Shown here: positions 18,235 to 27,200 of the stretch, in pieces
Layout of the letters: each line of letters opens with the position of its first letter
How positions within the stretch are numbered: position 1 is the stretch's first letter
Virus record (IMG/VR): IMGVR_UViG_3300048783_000050
Location: 1 to 60,959 of that record
Reading direction: 5' to 3' (one strand)
Length of the DNA: 60,959 nucleotides
DNA from: a virus
Taxonomy: Duplodnaviria > Caudoviricetes
Made by a program: the position numbers and the translations under genes
The notes under the pieces: model-generated
What the model saw: only the letters and a program-made list of their open reading frames with translations
Databases searched by the model: none
Told to the model about the DNA's origin: nothing

Positions 18235-18714
18235 ATGATCACCGCTCGCCCGATCGAAGACTATTATCCGGATGGCGTGCCGCCCCAGCCCTCCAGGGCA
18301 GCACGGGTGCGCGCCGCTCAGGACGAGCCGGAGCCGGTCAACGTGGACGCCGCCGTGCAGGTGCTCGGTCCTGGCGTGTTCTGGTTCGCGGGCCGGAAGT
18401 ACGTCGTTCCTCGCGTCCCCTTCGTGGAGGGCATCCAGCTCCAGGCGCTGCTGCTTCGGCTTCGGCGCCTTCGCACTGCATCCATGGCTCCAGCAGCGTC
18501 CGCTGAAGAGGAGGCGGATCGGATGAAACAGGCGCTCACCCTCTTCCGGGAGTCGGTTGAGATCTTCCCGCGCGTGGCCCGGCCGGCCGGCTGGTCTCGG
18601 TTCGTGTGGCGCCTTCTCCCGAACCCCTTCCGCCGCGCGAGCCCGGCCGAGGTGGGGGAGCTCCTGGGTTTTTTGTACGGGTGCCAGACGAGGTCCAGCG
18701 TCGGGTACTCGTAA
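18235..18714 (+). CDS. Tail assembly chaperone (lambda G-like)
   Basis: Position, and slippery site near its 3' end. Confidence 0.75.
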   Translation: MITARPIEDYYPDGVPPQPSRAARVRAAQDEPEPVNVDAAVQVLGPGVFWFAGRKYVVPRVPFVEGIQLQALLLRLRRLRTASMAPAASAEEEADRMKQALTLFRESVEIFPRVARPAGWSRFVWRLLPNPFRRASPAEVGELLGFLYGCQTRSSVGYS

Positions 18715-18971
18715 GCGAGGACGCAGGCCCGCCCTCTCCGGCGGACATCCTCGACATGCTGGCCGAGTTCACCGTGGCCTATCCGGGATGGGTGCGCCGT
18801 TCCGACGGCGCACCCTTGTCGTATCCCCTCTTCATGGTCGGGCTGGCGCATCTCGCCCGCGCCCACGCGCGCACCTCCCTCCGCACCGCCGGCGCGGTTG
18901 GGATCGGCTACGCGAAAGAGGACGTGGCAAACAAGTGGTTCCGCATCCAGCAAACCGTAGCGGGGTGGTGA
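18666..18971 (+). CDS. Frameshifted tail chaperone extension (lambda GT-like) via -1 slip at G GGT TTT
   Basis: GGGTTTT at 18666-18672 in correct phase; -1 frame is open to 18971, 3 nt before the tape measure ATG. Confidence 0.8.
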   Translation, partial: GFFVRVPDEVQRRVLVSEDAGPPSPADILDMLAEFTVAYPGWVRRSDGAPLSYPLFMVGLAHLARAHARTSLRTAGAVGIGYAKEDVANKWFRIQQTVAGW

Positions 18972-18974
18972 GCG

Positions 18975-21299
18975 ATGGCAGGTAACGGGAAGCGCGGACT
19001 CTGGGCCTCCATCATCCTGGCCCTGGACCCCCGGGCGAAACAGCAGTTGAAGGACGAGGCGGCAGAGGCGCTGGGCGACGCCGGGAAGCGTGGCTCGGCG
19101 GAGTTCGACAAGGCCATGCAGGAGGGCGGCCGCAAGGCCGTGCGCGCCCTGTCAAAAACCCTGAAGGATGAGTACGACAAGACGCTCTCGAAGGCGCAGG
19201 TTCAGCTCGCCCGCGGGATCATCGACAAGGAGGCGTTCGACAAGACCGAGCGCGAGGCGAAGCGCACTTTTAACGGGACCCTCCTGCCGCTGATGGACAA
19301 GCTGCAGGCGGAGGGGAAGGTCACGGAGGCGCAGTTCGGCCAGCTCGCCCGGCAGATCAAGCGCGTGGGAGACGCGGGGCAGCAGGCGGGGCGCTCCGGG
19401 GGCGGCTTCATGGCCGGCGTGGGGAAGATCACCGGCGGCATCGTGGCGGCGGACCTGATCCGGGATGCTGGGCGCGCCATGGTGCGCTTCGGCGTGGACT
19501 CCGTCCACGCGGCCAACGAGTCGGAGGACGTGTTCGGCCGGCTGGGCGGCACGCTCCGCCGGGTGGGGGTGGACATCAACGACGTCCGGGGCGAGCTCGA
19601 CGCCATGGGCGAGAAGATGATGGACACCACCACGTTCGGGGACGAGGACGCATTCAAGGCCCTGGACGCCATGGTCACGCAGTCGCGGAACTACGCGGCG
19701 TCCCTCGCGAAGATGCCGCTTGTGGCCGACCTGGCCGCAAAGAAGGATATCGAGCTTGCGACGGCCGGCGAGCTCGTGGGGAAGGCGATGGCCGGGAAGC
19801 GCACCCAGCTGGAGAAGATGTTCCCGGCGCTAAAGGGGAGCACCGACCTATGGGGTGACCTCGCCAAAATCGTGGGCGGAGCGGCGGCGGAGGCGGCGGG
19901 CACCGCGGCGGGGCAGTACAAGCAGCTGACGGAGGAGGTGGGAGAGTTCCAGGAAGGGCTCGGGGACATCCTGACATCGGGGACGGAGAGCACGTCCGTC
20001 ATCAGTGAGATGCGGGGCGCGGTGCGGTCGCTGACCGAGGGGCTGACCGAGAACCGGGAGGAGGCTGTCTTCTGGACCCGCGCGCTGGTGGGGAGTCTGC
20101 GCGTCGTGTGGAACCTGCTGATCCTGCTCCCGCGCCTCTTCTTCAACGTGCTCCAGACCGCGGCAACCGGGATCTACACGCTGGTTCAGGGGGTGGAGTT
20201 GGCGTTCCACATGACGGTGCACCGGATCAAGACCAACCTGAACCGCCTGATCGAAGGCATCAACCAAATCCCGGGTATCGAGATAGGCTTCCGGTTCGAC
20301 ACATCCCGTCTCGCGGGCGAGCTGGCGGAGGCACGGCGGCAGTTCGCCTTCGCGAAGAGGGAGTTTGTTCGGGACGGGCTGGACATCGGCGAGGCGTTCA
20401 AGGACGTGGGGCGAAGCGTCATGCAGCTCGGCAGCGCGTTCGACCCGGTCGCACCTCCGCGGCGCGCGACTTCGGACGGGGGCGGCGGTGACCTCTCTGA
20501 CAAGGAGGTGGATCCCAGGGACGCGGAGCGCGCGAGGGAGAAGGCGGAGCGCGAGCGGGAGGCGCGGTTCCGCGACGTGGAACGGCGGATGAACGACCGC
20601 ATCTCCGTGATGCAGAAGGGCGGCCAGACCCCCGGGGCCAGCACTACCCCTGGTATCATCTCCAAGAACCCGCTCGCCGGGAGCGTGATTGACCTTGACG
20701 CGATGGCCGAGAAGGCGCAGTCCACGGCCCTTACCGTCCTGAGCGTCTTCGACGTGGCGGCGCGCGGGGCCGTCGAAGCGAGCGGGTCAATCTCGGAAAG
20801 CTGGTCGGAGACTTTCGACCTCATGTTCTCCGGTGCTCTTAGCCTCAGAGGCTTGCTTGATGGTTTGTGGGACGGGTACGTGCTTGGGCTGGGAAAGGCG
20901 ATCGCGGGAGAAGCGAAGATGATGGGCGCGCGGGCCGCGACAAAGGCGATCGGTGCGGCAGCCGAGGGCCTGTGGCTTGCCTCTAGACACGATTACAAGG
21001 GTTCAGCTCAGGCGTTCGGGTCTGTCCCAAAGTACCTCGCGGAAGCCGCCGGCTGGTCGGCGCTCGGGGGAATAGCATCGGCGGCTGCAAGCGCGGCAGC
21101 CGGAGGCTCCGGCGTGGCGGGCAGCTCGACACGAGACCAGGGTTTGTCAACCGCACGGGACGCCGAGAGGCAGCCCATTCAGGTGATCGTGAACATGGAT
21201 CCGTTCGACCCTCGTAAGGGCGCGCACGCCAAAGTGATAGGCCAAGCCGCAAGGCTCGACCTACAACTTAACGGCGTGTGGCAGGAGCTGCGGGACTAA
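18975..21299 (+). CDS. Tail tape measure protein
   Basis: 774 aa Ala/Gly-rich helical ORF after chaperones; TTFGDED..ADLAA motif. Confidence 0.88.
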   Translation: MAGNGKRGLWASIILALDPRAKQQLKDEAAEALGDAGKRGSAEFDKAMQEGGRKAVRALSKTLKDEYDKTLSKAQVQLARGIIDKEAFDKTEREAKRTFNGTLLPLMDKLQAEGKVTEAQFGQLARQIKRVGDAGQQAGRSGGGFMAGVGKITGGIVAADLIRDAGRAMVRFGVDSVHAANESEDVFGRLGGTLRRVGVDINDVRGELDAMGEKMMDTTTFGDEDAFKALDAMVTQSRNYAASLAKMPLVADLAAKKDIELATAGELVGKAMAGKRTQLEKMFPALKGSTDLWGDLAKIVGGAAAEAAGTAAGQYKQLTEEVGEFQEGLGDILTSGTESTSVISEMRGAVRSLTEGLTENREEAVFWTRALVGSLRVVWNLLILLPRLFFNVLQTAATGIYTLVQGVELAFHMTVHRIKTNLNRLIEGINQIPGIEIGFRFDTSRLAGELAEARRQFAFAKREFVRDGLDIGEAFKDVGRSVMQLGSAFDPVAPPRRATSDGGGGDLSDKEVDPRDAERAREKAEREREARFRDVERRMNDRISVMQKGGQTPGASTTPGIISKNPLAGSVIDLDAMAEKAQSTALTVLSVFDVAARGAVEASGSISESWSETFDLMFSGALSLRGLLDGLWDGYVLGLGKAIAGEAKMMGARAATKAIGAAAEGLWLASRHDYKGSAQAFGSVPKYLAEAAGWSALGGIASAAASAAAGGSGVAGSSTRDQGLSTARDAERQPIQVIVNMDPFDPRKGAHAKVIGQAARLDLQLNGVWQELRD

Positions 21300-21676
21300 G
21301 GTTCACGTTCCGGGGCGGCGCATGCAGCTCGCACCGCCTCTGCGTCGGCGCGCGTCGGCTTCGTCGCACCAACGCTCTTCGGGTGCGTTCCCTGCGAGTC
21401 CGTCCCGAAGTAAGTGTCGTCCGCAGTAATTCGCATCTGCCGTGCTCCTTGCGCCTCGAAGAACGCCACGACGATGGTGGCCGCGCCGCTGCCGCTCTTC
21501 TGGACGCCGCGAATTGTCCTGGCTTCGCGACTCGCGTTTTCAACGGTATAGCCAAGTGAGCCGAGCCGGGAGACGACGCAGTCGAAGGGGTCGGCCGCTG
21601 CTGGGATGGGCGTGGTTGTGACGTACGGCGCGCACGCCGCGAGAGCCAGCGCGAGAAGAGGGAGCGATCGCGTCAT
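21296..21676 (-). CDS. Lipoprotein moron (superinfection exclusion candidate)
   Basis: MTRSLPLLALALAA|C lipobox; antisense to tail operon. Confidence 0.75.
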   Translation of the reverse strand: MTRSLPLLALALAACAPYVTTTPIPAAADPFDCVVSRLGSLGYTVENASREARTIRGVQKSGSGAATIVVAFFEAQGARQMRITADDTYFGTDSQGTHPKSVGATKPTRADAEAVRAACAAPEREP

Positions 21677-21702
21677 GACTCCGCCCGATCTGTGCCTGCA
21701 AG

Positions 21703-21927
21703 TCATCGCGAGCCCTCCCGCGGGTAGGTGGTTCCGTACGGTAGGTGCACGATCTTGGAAATTGTGGCGGGGTGGGGATGCTCGTACAGGGCGTTGTCGC
21801 CGAGCGCGCCGGTGAACCTGCGGATGATTCCGGGACCGTCGATCACAAAGGCTTCACGCAAGTGCACGTCCTCGGTTCGGCCGTCCTTGTAGGTGACGCG
21901 GTAAATGTTTGTTGAGTAGGTTGTCAT
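21703..21927 (-). CDS. Hypothetical protein
   Basis: Lower-GC ORF in antisense insert. Confidence 0.55.
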   Translation of the reverse strand: MTTYSTNIYRVTYKDGRTEDVHLREAFVIDGPGIIRRFTGALGDNALYEHPHPATISKIVHLPYGTTYPREGSR

Positions 21928-21989
21928 GAAGCACCGTTAGAAGCGGGTGACTGCCGGCCCGAGACGAGAAGGCTGGTCGCACGTATAGC

Positions 21990-22028
21990 GCGCCTCTCGC
22001 GCCCCCGCAAGGGAAGCGCGAGGGGCGC
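21990..22028. terminator. GC hairpin downstream of PIN gene
   Basis: GCGCCTCTCGCGC / GCGCGAGGGGCGC stem. Confidence 0.45.
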
Positions 22029-22042
22029 CGGCGCGGGTCACG

Positions 22043-22624
22043 TCAAAGGAGGCCGAGAAGGTCCCCTTGCTCGCCGCCGATGATCGGGGTGCCCCTGCGC
22101 GTCCGCATGGCGATGCGTTGAGGGATGCAGATTTTCGGCATCCCCTGCACGCCCGCGAGCTTCCCGTCCAGCGCCAGGAGCTTGCCGGCCGAACCATCCG
22201 CCGCGGCGCCGTCGAACGTGTGGAATTCAGAGCAGCCGTGCACGGCAGCCGTCGCGAGGTGGATCGCGTCGGGGATGAGGAGCTTCGGCTTGATCTGGTT
22301 GTTGAGCGCGTGCTCGCGGATTTCTTTCGTCTTCCGGACCACGCCCAGCTCCAGCGAAAGCAGCTCGACCACGCCGCTGTTGATAAAACGCTCGTAGTCG
22401 GCGTACTGCTCCGGCGACAGGTTGTCGCCGTCCTTCAGCTCCAGCACCTCGGCGAGCGTCAGGGCGGATGTGCAGACTTCGATCTCCCCTTCGTCCAGCA
22501 GTAGGGCCCAGGCGTTCAGCCCGTCCAGCTGTTCGGGAGTGCGGCCCCTGCCACCGTCGAAGAGGGAGATGAACACGCACGAGTCCCAGTACACACGCAT
22601 GGAGTGAGCGGGGTTACCAGGCAC
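22043..22624 (-). CDS. PIN-domain (VapC-like) nuclease/toxin
   Basis: VYWDSCVFI..TSALTLAEV..PDAIHLATA..FHTFD. Confidence 0.88.
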   Translation of the reverse strand: MPGNPAHSMRVYWDSCVFISLFDGGRGRTPEQLDGLNAWALLLDEGEIEVCTSALTLAEVLELKDGDNLSPEQYADYERFINSGVVELLSLELGVVRKTKEIREHALNNQIKPKLLIPDAIHLATAAVHGCSEFHTFDGAAADGSAGKLLALDGKLAGVQGMPKICIPQRIAMRTRRGTPIIGGEQGDLLGLL

Positions 22625-23432
22625 GGCGTTGCTCGCGAATGAGGTCTTCGGAGGACGCGCCCTCCGCTGGCGTGGTCGGCATCCCGCGCAGGCTCGCCAG
22701 GGAAATCACCCCGGTCGGCCGCGAGGCGGGGTTGATGTCCTTAATGTACATGTAGTACGGGTGGTACGCGTTGGGCCGGTACCGCATCTTCCCGACGACC
22801 TCCACGTCCTGCTCGACCAGCCGGCTCGCCCGCTCTTTCAGCTTGCTCCGGAACTCGCACGTCACCGGCGGGCTCGTACGGGGGAAGATCCGCAGCAGGT
22901 TCCGTCCTTCGGTGCTGTAGCTCTTCAGCGTCCCGCGGATCGTGCCGACCATGAACTGATCTTTGCTCAGTTCAAGGTCCAGCCGGTCTTTGAGTCCCGC
23001 AGAGATGTCCGCCGCCGAGCCGTTCAGCCGGACGCGGTTCACGAATCCGCCCTTCCGCGCGACGTTGCCCAGCTCCTTGTATGTGCGCAGCGTGGGGTAG
23101 TCGAGGAAGTCCGGCACGCCGCCGTCGTTGATGATTTGGATGGCCTGCACGAACTGCTGCTGCGCCCGGTTCACGATGCCCGCCTCCTGCCGTGAGACCC
23201 GGGCCTGCAACACGGCGGTGGCGGGGCTCGAATGCGTCAGGTCAGCGATCTCGTACTGAACATGGAGGCGGCGCCCTTCCGCAAGAAGGGTTGCGGTCTG
23301 GCGAAGCGCACGCACGGCGAGGATGATGGACTCCGCGAACGCGACCGCGCCGACGTCGGCTTCTGCGCCGGCGACGGGATCGAACCGCAGGGACAGTTCG
23401 TCCCCCTGGACCTGGGTCAGGATCGAACTCAC
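22614..23432 (-). CDS. Hypothetical partner of PIN protein (antitoxin/defence candidate)
   Basis: Overlaps the PIN start; start moved to GTG 23432 because a promoter lies at 23485-23513. Confidence 0.7.
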   Translation of the reverse strand: MSSILTQVQGDELSLRFDPVAGAEADVGAVAFAESIILAVRALRQTATLLAEGRRLHVQYEIADLTHSSPATAVLQARVSRQEAGIVNRAQQQFVQAIQIINDGGVPDFLDYPTLRTYKELGNVARKGGFVNRVRLNGSAADISAGLKDRLDLELSKDQFMVGTIRGTLKSYSTEGRNLLRIFPRTSPPVTCEFRSKLKERASRLVEQDVEVVGKMRYRPNAYHPYYMYIKDINPASRPTGVISLASLRGMPTTPAEGASSEDLIREQRRAW

Positions 23433-23484
23433 GGGGCGATGCTTCGGGGATCGGGCGGGGGAGGGTTGGGGCGCCGCCCCCTCC

Positions 23485-23513
23485 AACCTACTCCCGCGAA
23501 TCGCGTACCGCAA
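23485..23513 (-). promoter_or_regulatory. Promoter of the PIN module
   Basis: TTGCGG-17-TAGGTT on minus strand with palindrome CGCGAATCGCG in the spacer. Confidence 0.6.
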
Positions 23514-23535
23514 CCGATCCGTCCCCGCGATCTCC

Positions 23536-23633
23536 TTGACCGCCCGCCGCTACCCCTGTAGCTTTCGGCCAGACGTCGAACACCGGCCCCAGGCCCGCCC
23601 CCTCGCGTAGAGGGGCCGGGCCTTTTTTTGTTT
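23536..23633 (+). promoter_or_regulatory. Late cassette copy C upstream of distal tail genes
   Basis: TTGACC-17-TAGCTT, ACACCGGCCCCAGGCCC at 23580, hairpin + TTTTTTTGTTT. Confidence 0.85.
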
Positions 23634-23650
23634 CAGCCCCGGAGGTTCCC

Positions 23651-23776
23651 GTGCGCAAGCTCCTGTCTCGCCTGTTCCGCCGCCGTGACCTGTCGGCAGC
23701 GCGCACGCACTTCCGCACCGGTGCGTGCTGGAGCGCGTGCGCCGGTGCTGTGGGGCGGCAGTCCGCCAGCCGGTAG
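23651..23776 (+). CDS. Possible 41-aa basic peptide (MRKLLSRLFRRR..)
   Basis: GGAGG RBS at 23641, GTG start, stop 6 nt before next ATG. Confidence 0.4.
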   Translation: MRKLLSRLFRRRDLSAARTHFRTGACWSACAGAVGRQSASR

Positions 23777-23782
23777 CGTTCC

Positions 23783-24208
23783 ATGCGCAACGTCCCGAAG
23801 GTGCTCTACAACGGCACCACCCTCACCTTCACCCTCCCGATGCGCCCGTTCACCCCCGGCACCAAGGCCATAGGGGGGCACGGGGAGAGCGGGGCCGGGG
23901 TGCCGTGCAAGTTCGTGATCCGGCGGGACCGCTTCTTGGACGTTGTGCTGCGCTTCTACGAGTCGGAGGGGCCGGCGGTGCGCGCCTGGCTTGAGTGGGC
24001 GCAGGACGCGACGCCCGGCGCGTTCACCGTCTGGCCGGACGCCGCGGTGCCCGGGACGTCCAAGAGCAGCTACCTCGTCTCGCCTCAGGTCGGAGAAGAC
24101 ACCCAGCCAACGCACGACCAGTTCGAGGGCACCTTCGAGCAGCGGGTCAAGATCCGCTCCGCCGACGGCTCCCCCTACGACTGGCAGTATTGGGGGGTTT
24201 CGCCGTGA
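23783..24208 (+). CDS. Putative distal tail protein
   Basis: Size and position before tail tip gene. Confidence 0.6.
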   Translation: MRNVPKVLYNGTTLTFTLPMRPFTPGTKAIGGHGESGAGVPCKFVIRRDRFLDVVLRFYESEGPAVRAWLEWAQDATPGAFTVWPDAAVPGTSKSSYLVSPQVGEDTQPTHDQFEGTFEQRVKIRSADGSPYDWQYWGVSP

Positions 24209-27200
24209 AAACGTGGTGGCTGACCTTCTACGCCGACGACGACACAACGGCCGTCGCGGAGTGCTCCACCGATCTCGCGCACTCGCATCCCTTTCTGCGC
24301 GCCCCGGAGGGCGGCGCCGAGGCGGACGTGGACCTGCTGCGCGGGCAGGCGAAGATCTCGCTGGTGAACGTGCAGGTGCAAGACAATCCCACCAACCCGG
24401 AAGACCAGTCCAGCGGGTGGCTGACGGCGATCCTTGCGGACGCCTCCGGGGAGACCGCAAGAATCGGGCGGCGGGTAAAGCTGGAGGAGGCGGACAGCCC
24501 GGCCGACCCCCGCGTCACGGTGACGGACGGGGTGATTGGGAGCGTGGAGCTGGACGCGGACCTCGTCTCGTACAACCTGGGCGTGCGCGATATCCGCGAG
24601 CGCTCCCGCGAGGCGAAAGCCTTCGAGCGCGGCGGCACCTCCACGGTCTGGCCTCGCGGGGTGCTGAACGGCTACGGCCTGCTCCCCGGCGGTGGATGGC
24701 TCCAGCCCCCCACGACCCCCGCGCGCGGAACGTTCAACCTGGCCGGGCCTGGCTGGGGGCTCGTCAAGCTCGTGCGCACCGACGCGACGAAGCCGCACCT
24801 GGTGCTCACCCAAGCCATGCGGGACGCGGTGGCGCCGACGTGGTCCGAAGAACACCTCCGCTACGAGCTGTACGGCGTGGACGTGCTCTGGCGGCTGGTG
24901 GGCGGAACGACGTGGACGCGCCTCACGAAGATGGAGGTGTGGGACCCGGCGGTCCGCTCCGGCATCCGCGGCGTCTCCCTCTTCGACACCGACCCGGCCC
25001 GCATCAAGGCCGCGGACGGGCGGATGGTGGACGGCGACATCATCGACCTGGTCCACCTCCGGGCCGCGGACACAGGTGGGGTTCCGGCCAACGGCGCCGC
25101 GGTGGAGGTGTTGGTACTGCACGTTGGCGCGCCGACGAAGGCGTACCCGTTCCACTTCGAGGGCCGCGCCGGCGAGCTTCTGCGCAACCTATACCGCGGG
25201 GACTACTCGCTGCGAGATCCGCGCATCCGCTACGACGAGGCGGCCCTCCTCGCGCTTGCGGAGCCGGTCCTACTCCGCCAGGCGGAGCCGGTGGACGACA
25301 TGCGCGAGTGGGTCGAGAAGAATATCTACCAGCCGCTCGGCGCCGCTCCTGCCCTGAACGACGCGGCGGAGATTTCCCCGGTCCGCTACGACCTGCCCAG
25401 CGTGGAGGCGGACCTCCCGGAATTCAACGACAGCAACACGGCGGAGGACGCCGGTTGGCTCCACGACGGCGACGCGGTCAACCGGGTAGTGTTCTCCTAC
25501 CTCCGCGAGCACCGCGTCCCCACGGACCTGGACCTGCTGGGAGAGGTGAGCGCGGGGGACGGCATCGCGGAGCAGCCCGTGACCGTCCAGCCGCAGGCCG
25601 GCGGCTCCGTCGCCCTGTTGGGGGAGCAGCTGCTGGAGATCAAGCCGTCCACGATCCGCACGCTGGTCGGCGAGCGCGGAGACGTGCGGGGCGGGGACGT
25701 GCAGAGCGACGCCGGCTACCGGCTGGCGCTCGCCCGTGGATACCAGGCGCTGGACCGCTTCCGCTTCGGCGGCCAGTACATCACCGCGCGCCGGATGCGG
25801 AGTGCCGGCGAGCTGAAGCCTGGTGCCTGGTGCCTGGTCTCGCTGTCGTGGCTCCCCGACTACAAGACCCGCAAGCGAGGGATGGACCGGCTGGCGCAGG
25901 TTGTCACCGCCCGCAACGTCGGCGCCTGGCGCGAGTACCGCTTGGTGGACGCCGGCCCCGCAAACCAGCCCCTCGCGCAGCCCACGCTCGGCACCCCCAC
26001 CGCCAGCGCGGACGGCCTGGTCTCCGTCCCCGTCACGATGCTGCCGGTCGGCGGCGAGGCCCGCGTGGACGTCGCGATCTCCGACACCCTGCCGGCGACG
26101 GACTCCCCGCTCTGGACCTTCCTCGGCCGCACGGCCGCGCTCGCGACGCTCACCACGTCCCCGCAGCTGGAGGGCGGCATCGCCTGGGTCCGCGCCCGCG
26201 GCGAGGCGCCCGGCCGTCTCCGCTCCGCCTTGACCACGCCCGTCTCCGTCGCGATCCCCGCCGGCCCTCGGGTGCGCCAGGTCCGGGCGCTGATCGCCGA
26301 CGACGGAAGCGCTTCAGCGCAGGCCACCCCGAACGCCTATGCGTCGGGGTTCCGGATCTTCTACGGCACCCACCCCGCGGGCACCGCCACGCCCACGCTC
26401 TCCGGGCACCTGGACGTCGCGGCCACCCCGGACCCCGTCGCCCTACCGGTGACGGTGGATCCGGGCGAAGCGCTCGCCATTGAAGTGGAGCCCTGGACAG
26501 GATGGACCGGCTCGGCGGTTTCGGGGACGGCCGGTGCGCGCGTACCCGGCTCGGCGCTGCGGGAGGCGGGCGGCGGCACGGACACGCTCTTCGCCCGCGG
26601 CACCGCCACGATGTCGAGTCCCACCGCAGCGCAGATCCCGGTGCAAGTGGACTCCGTGGTGCCGGTGGATGGGACGGCAACGCTCCTGGAGGTGCTGGGG
26701 TCGGCGACTCTCGCCGCGGGTCCCGCCGTGGGCGTCGCAAGCCCCACGGGCACCGTCTGGACGTTCAACCGCGGCCCGGAGAACGGCGGGCCTGGGCAGG
26801 CGCTGTTCCGGATCGACGCCTCCGGTTACGTCTCCGATCCGGTGCCCATCGTGATTCCGGAGCAGGGGCGGGACACGGTGGGGCTGGGGCTGGTCGTGGA
26901 GCAGGTCGCCGAGAGCGACGCCACCGTGACGGTTCGCGCGAAGGCGTGGGACCCGTACCCGCAAGGCGCCAGCAGCGTGACCGTGAGGCCCGTGGGCGCC
27001 TTCGCCGGTAACGTCACGCCCTCCACCGCGCAGGCGCTCACGCCCACCAGCAGCTACGAAACCACGGCGCACGTGGACTTCGTGATCGCCAAGGCGCCTG
27101 CCGGCGGAGGCGTGCGGCGGGTCAACTTCCTCGCCTCCGCGGCGTCGCGGGTGGACGGGGTGGACGCGGTGGACGTGCCTGCGCAGGACCCGGAGATCCC

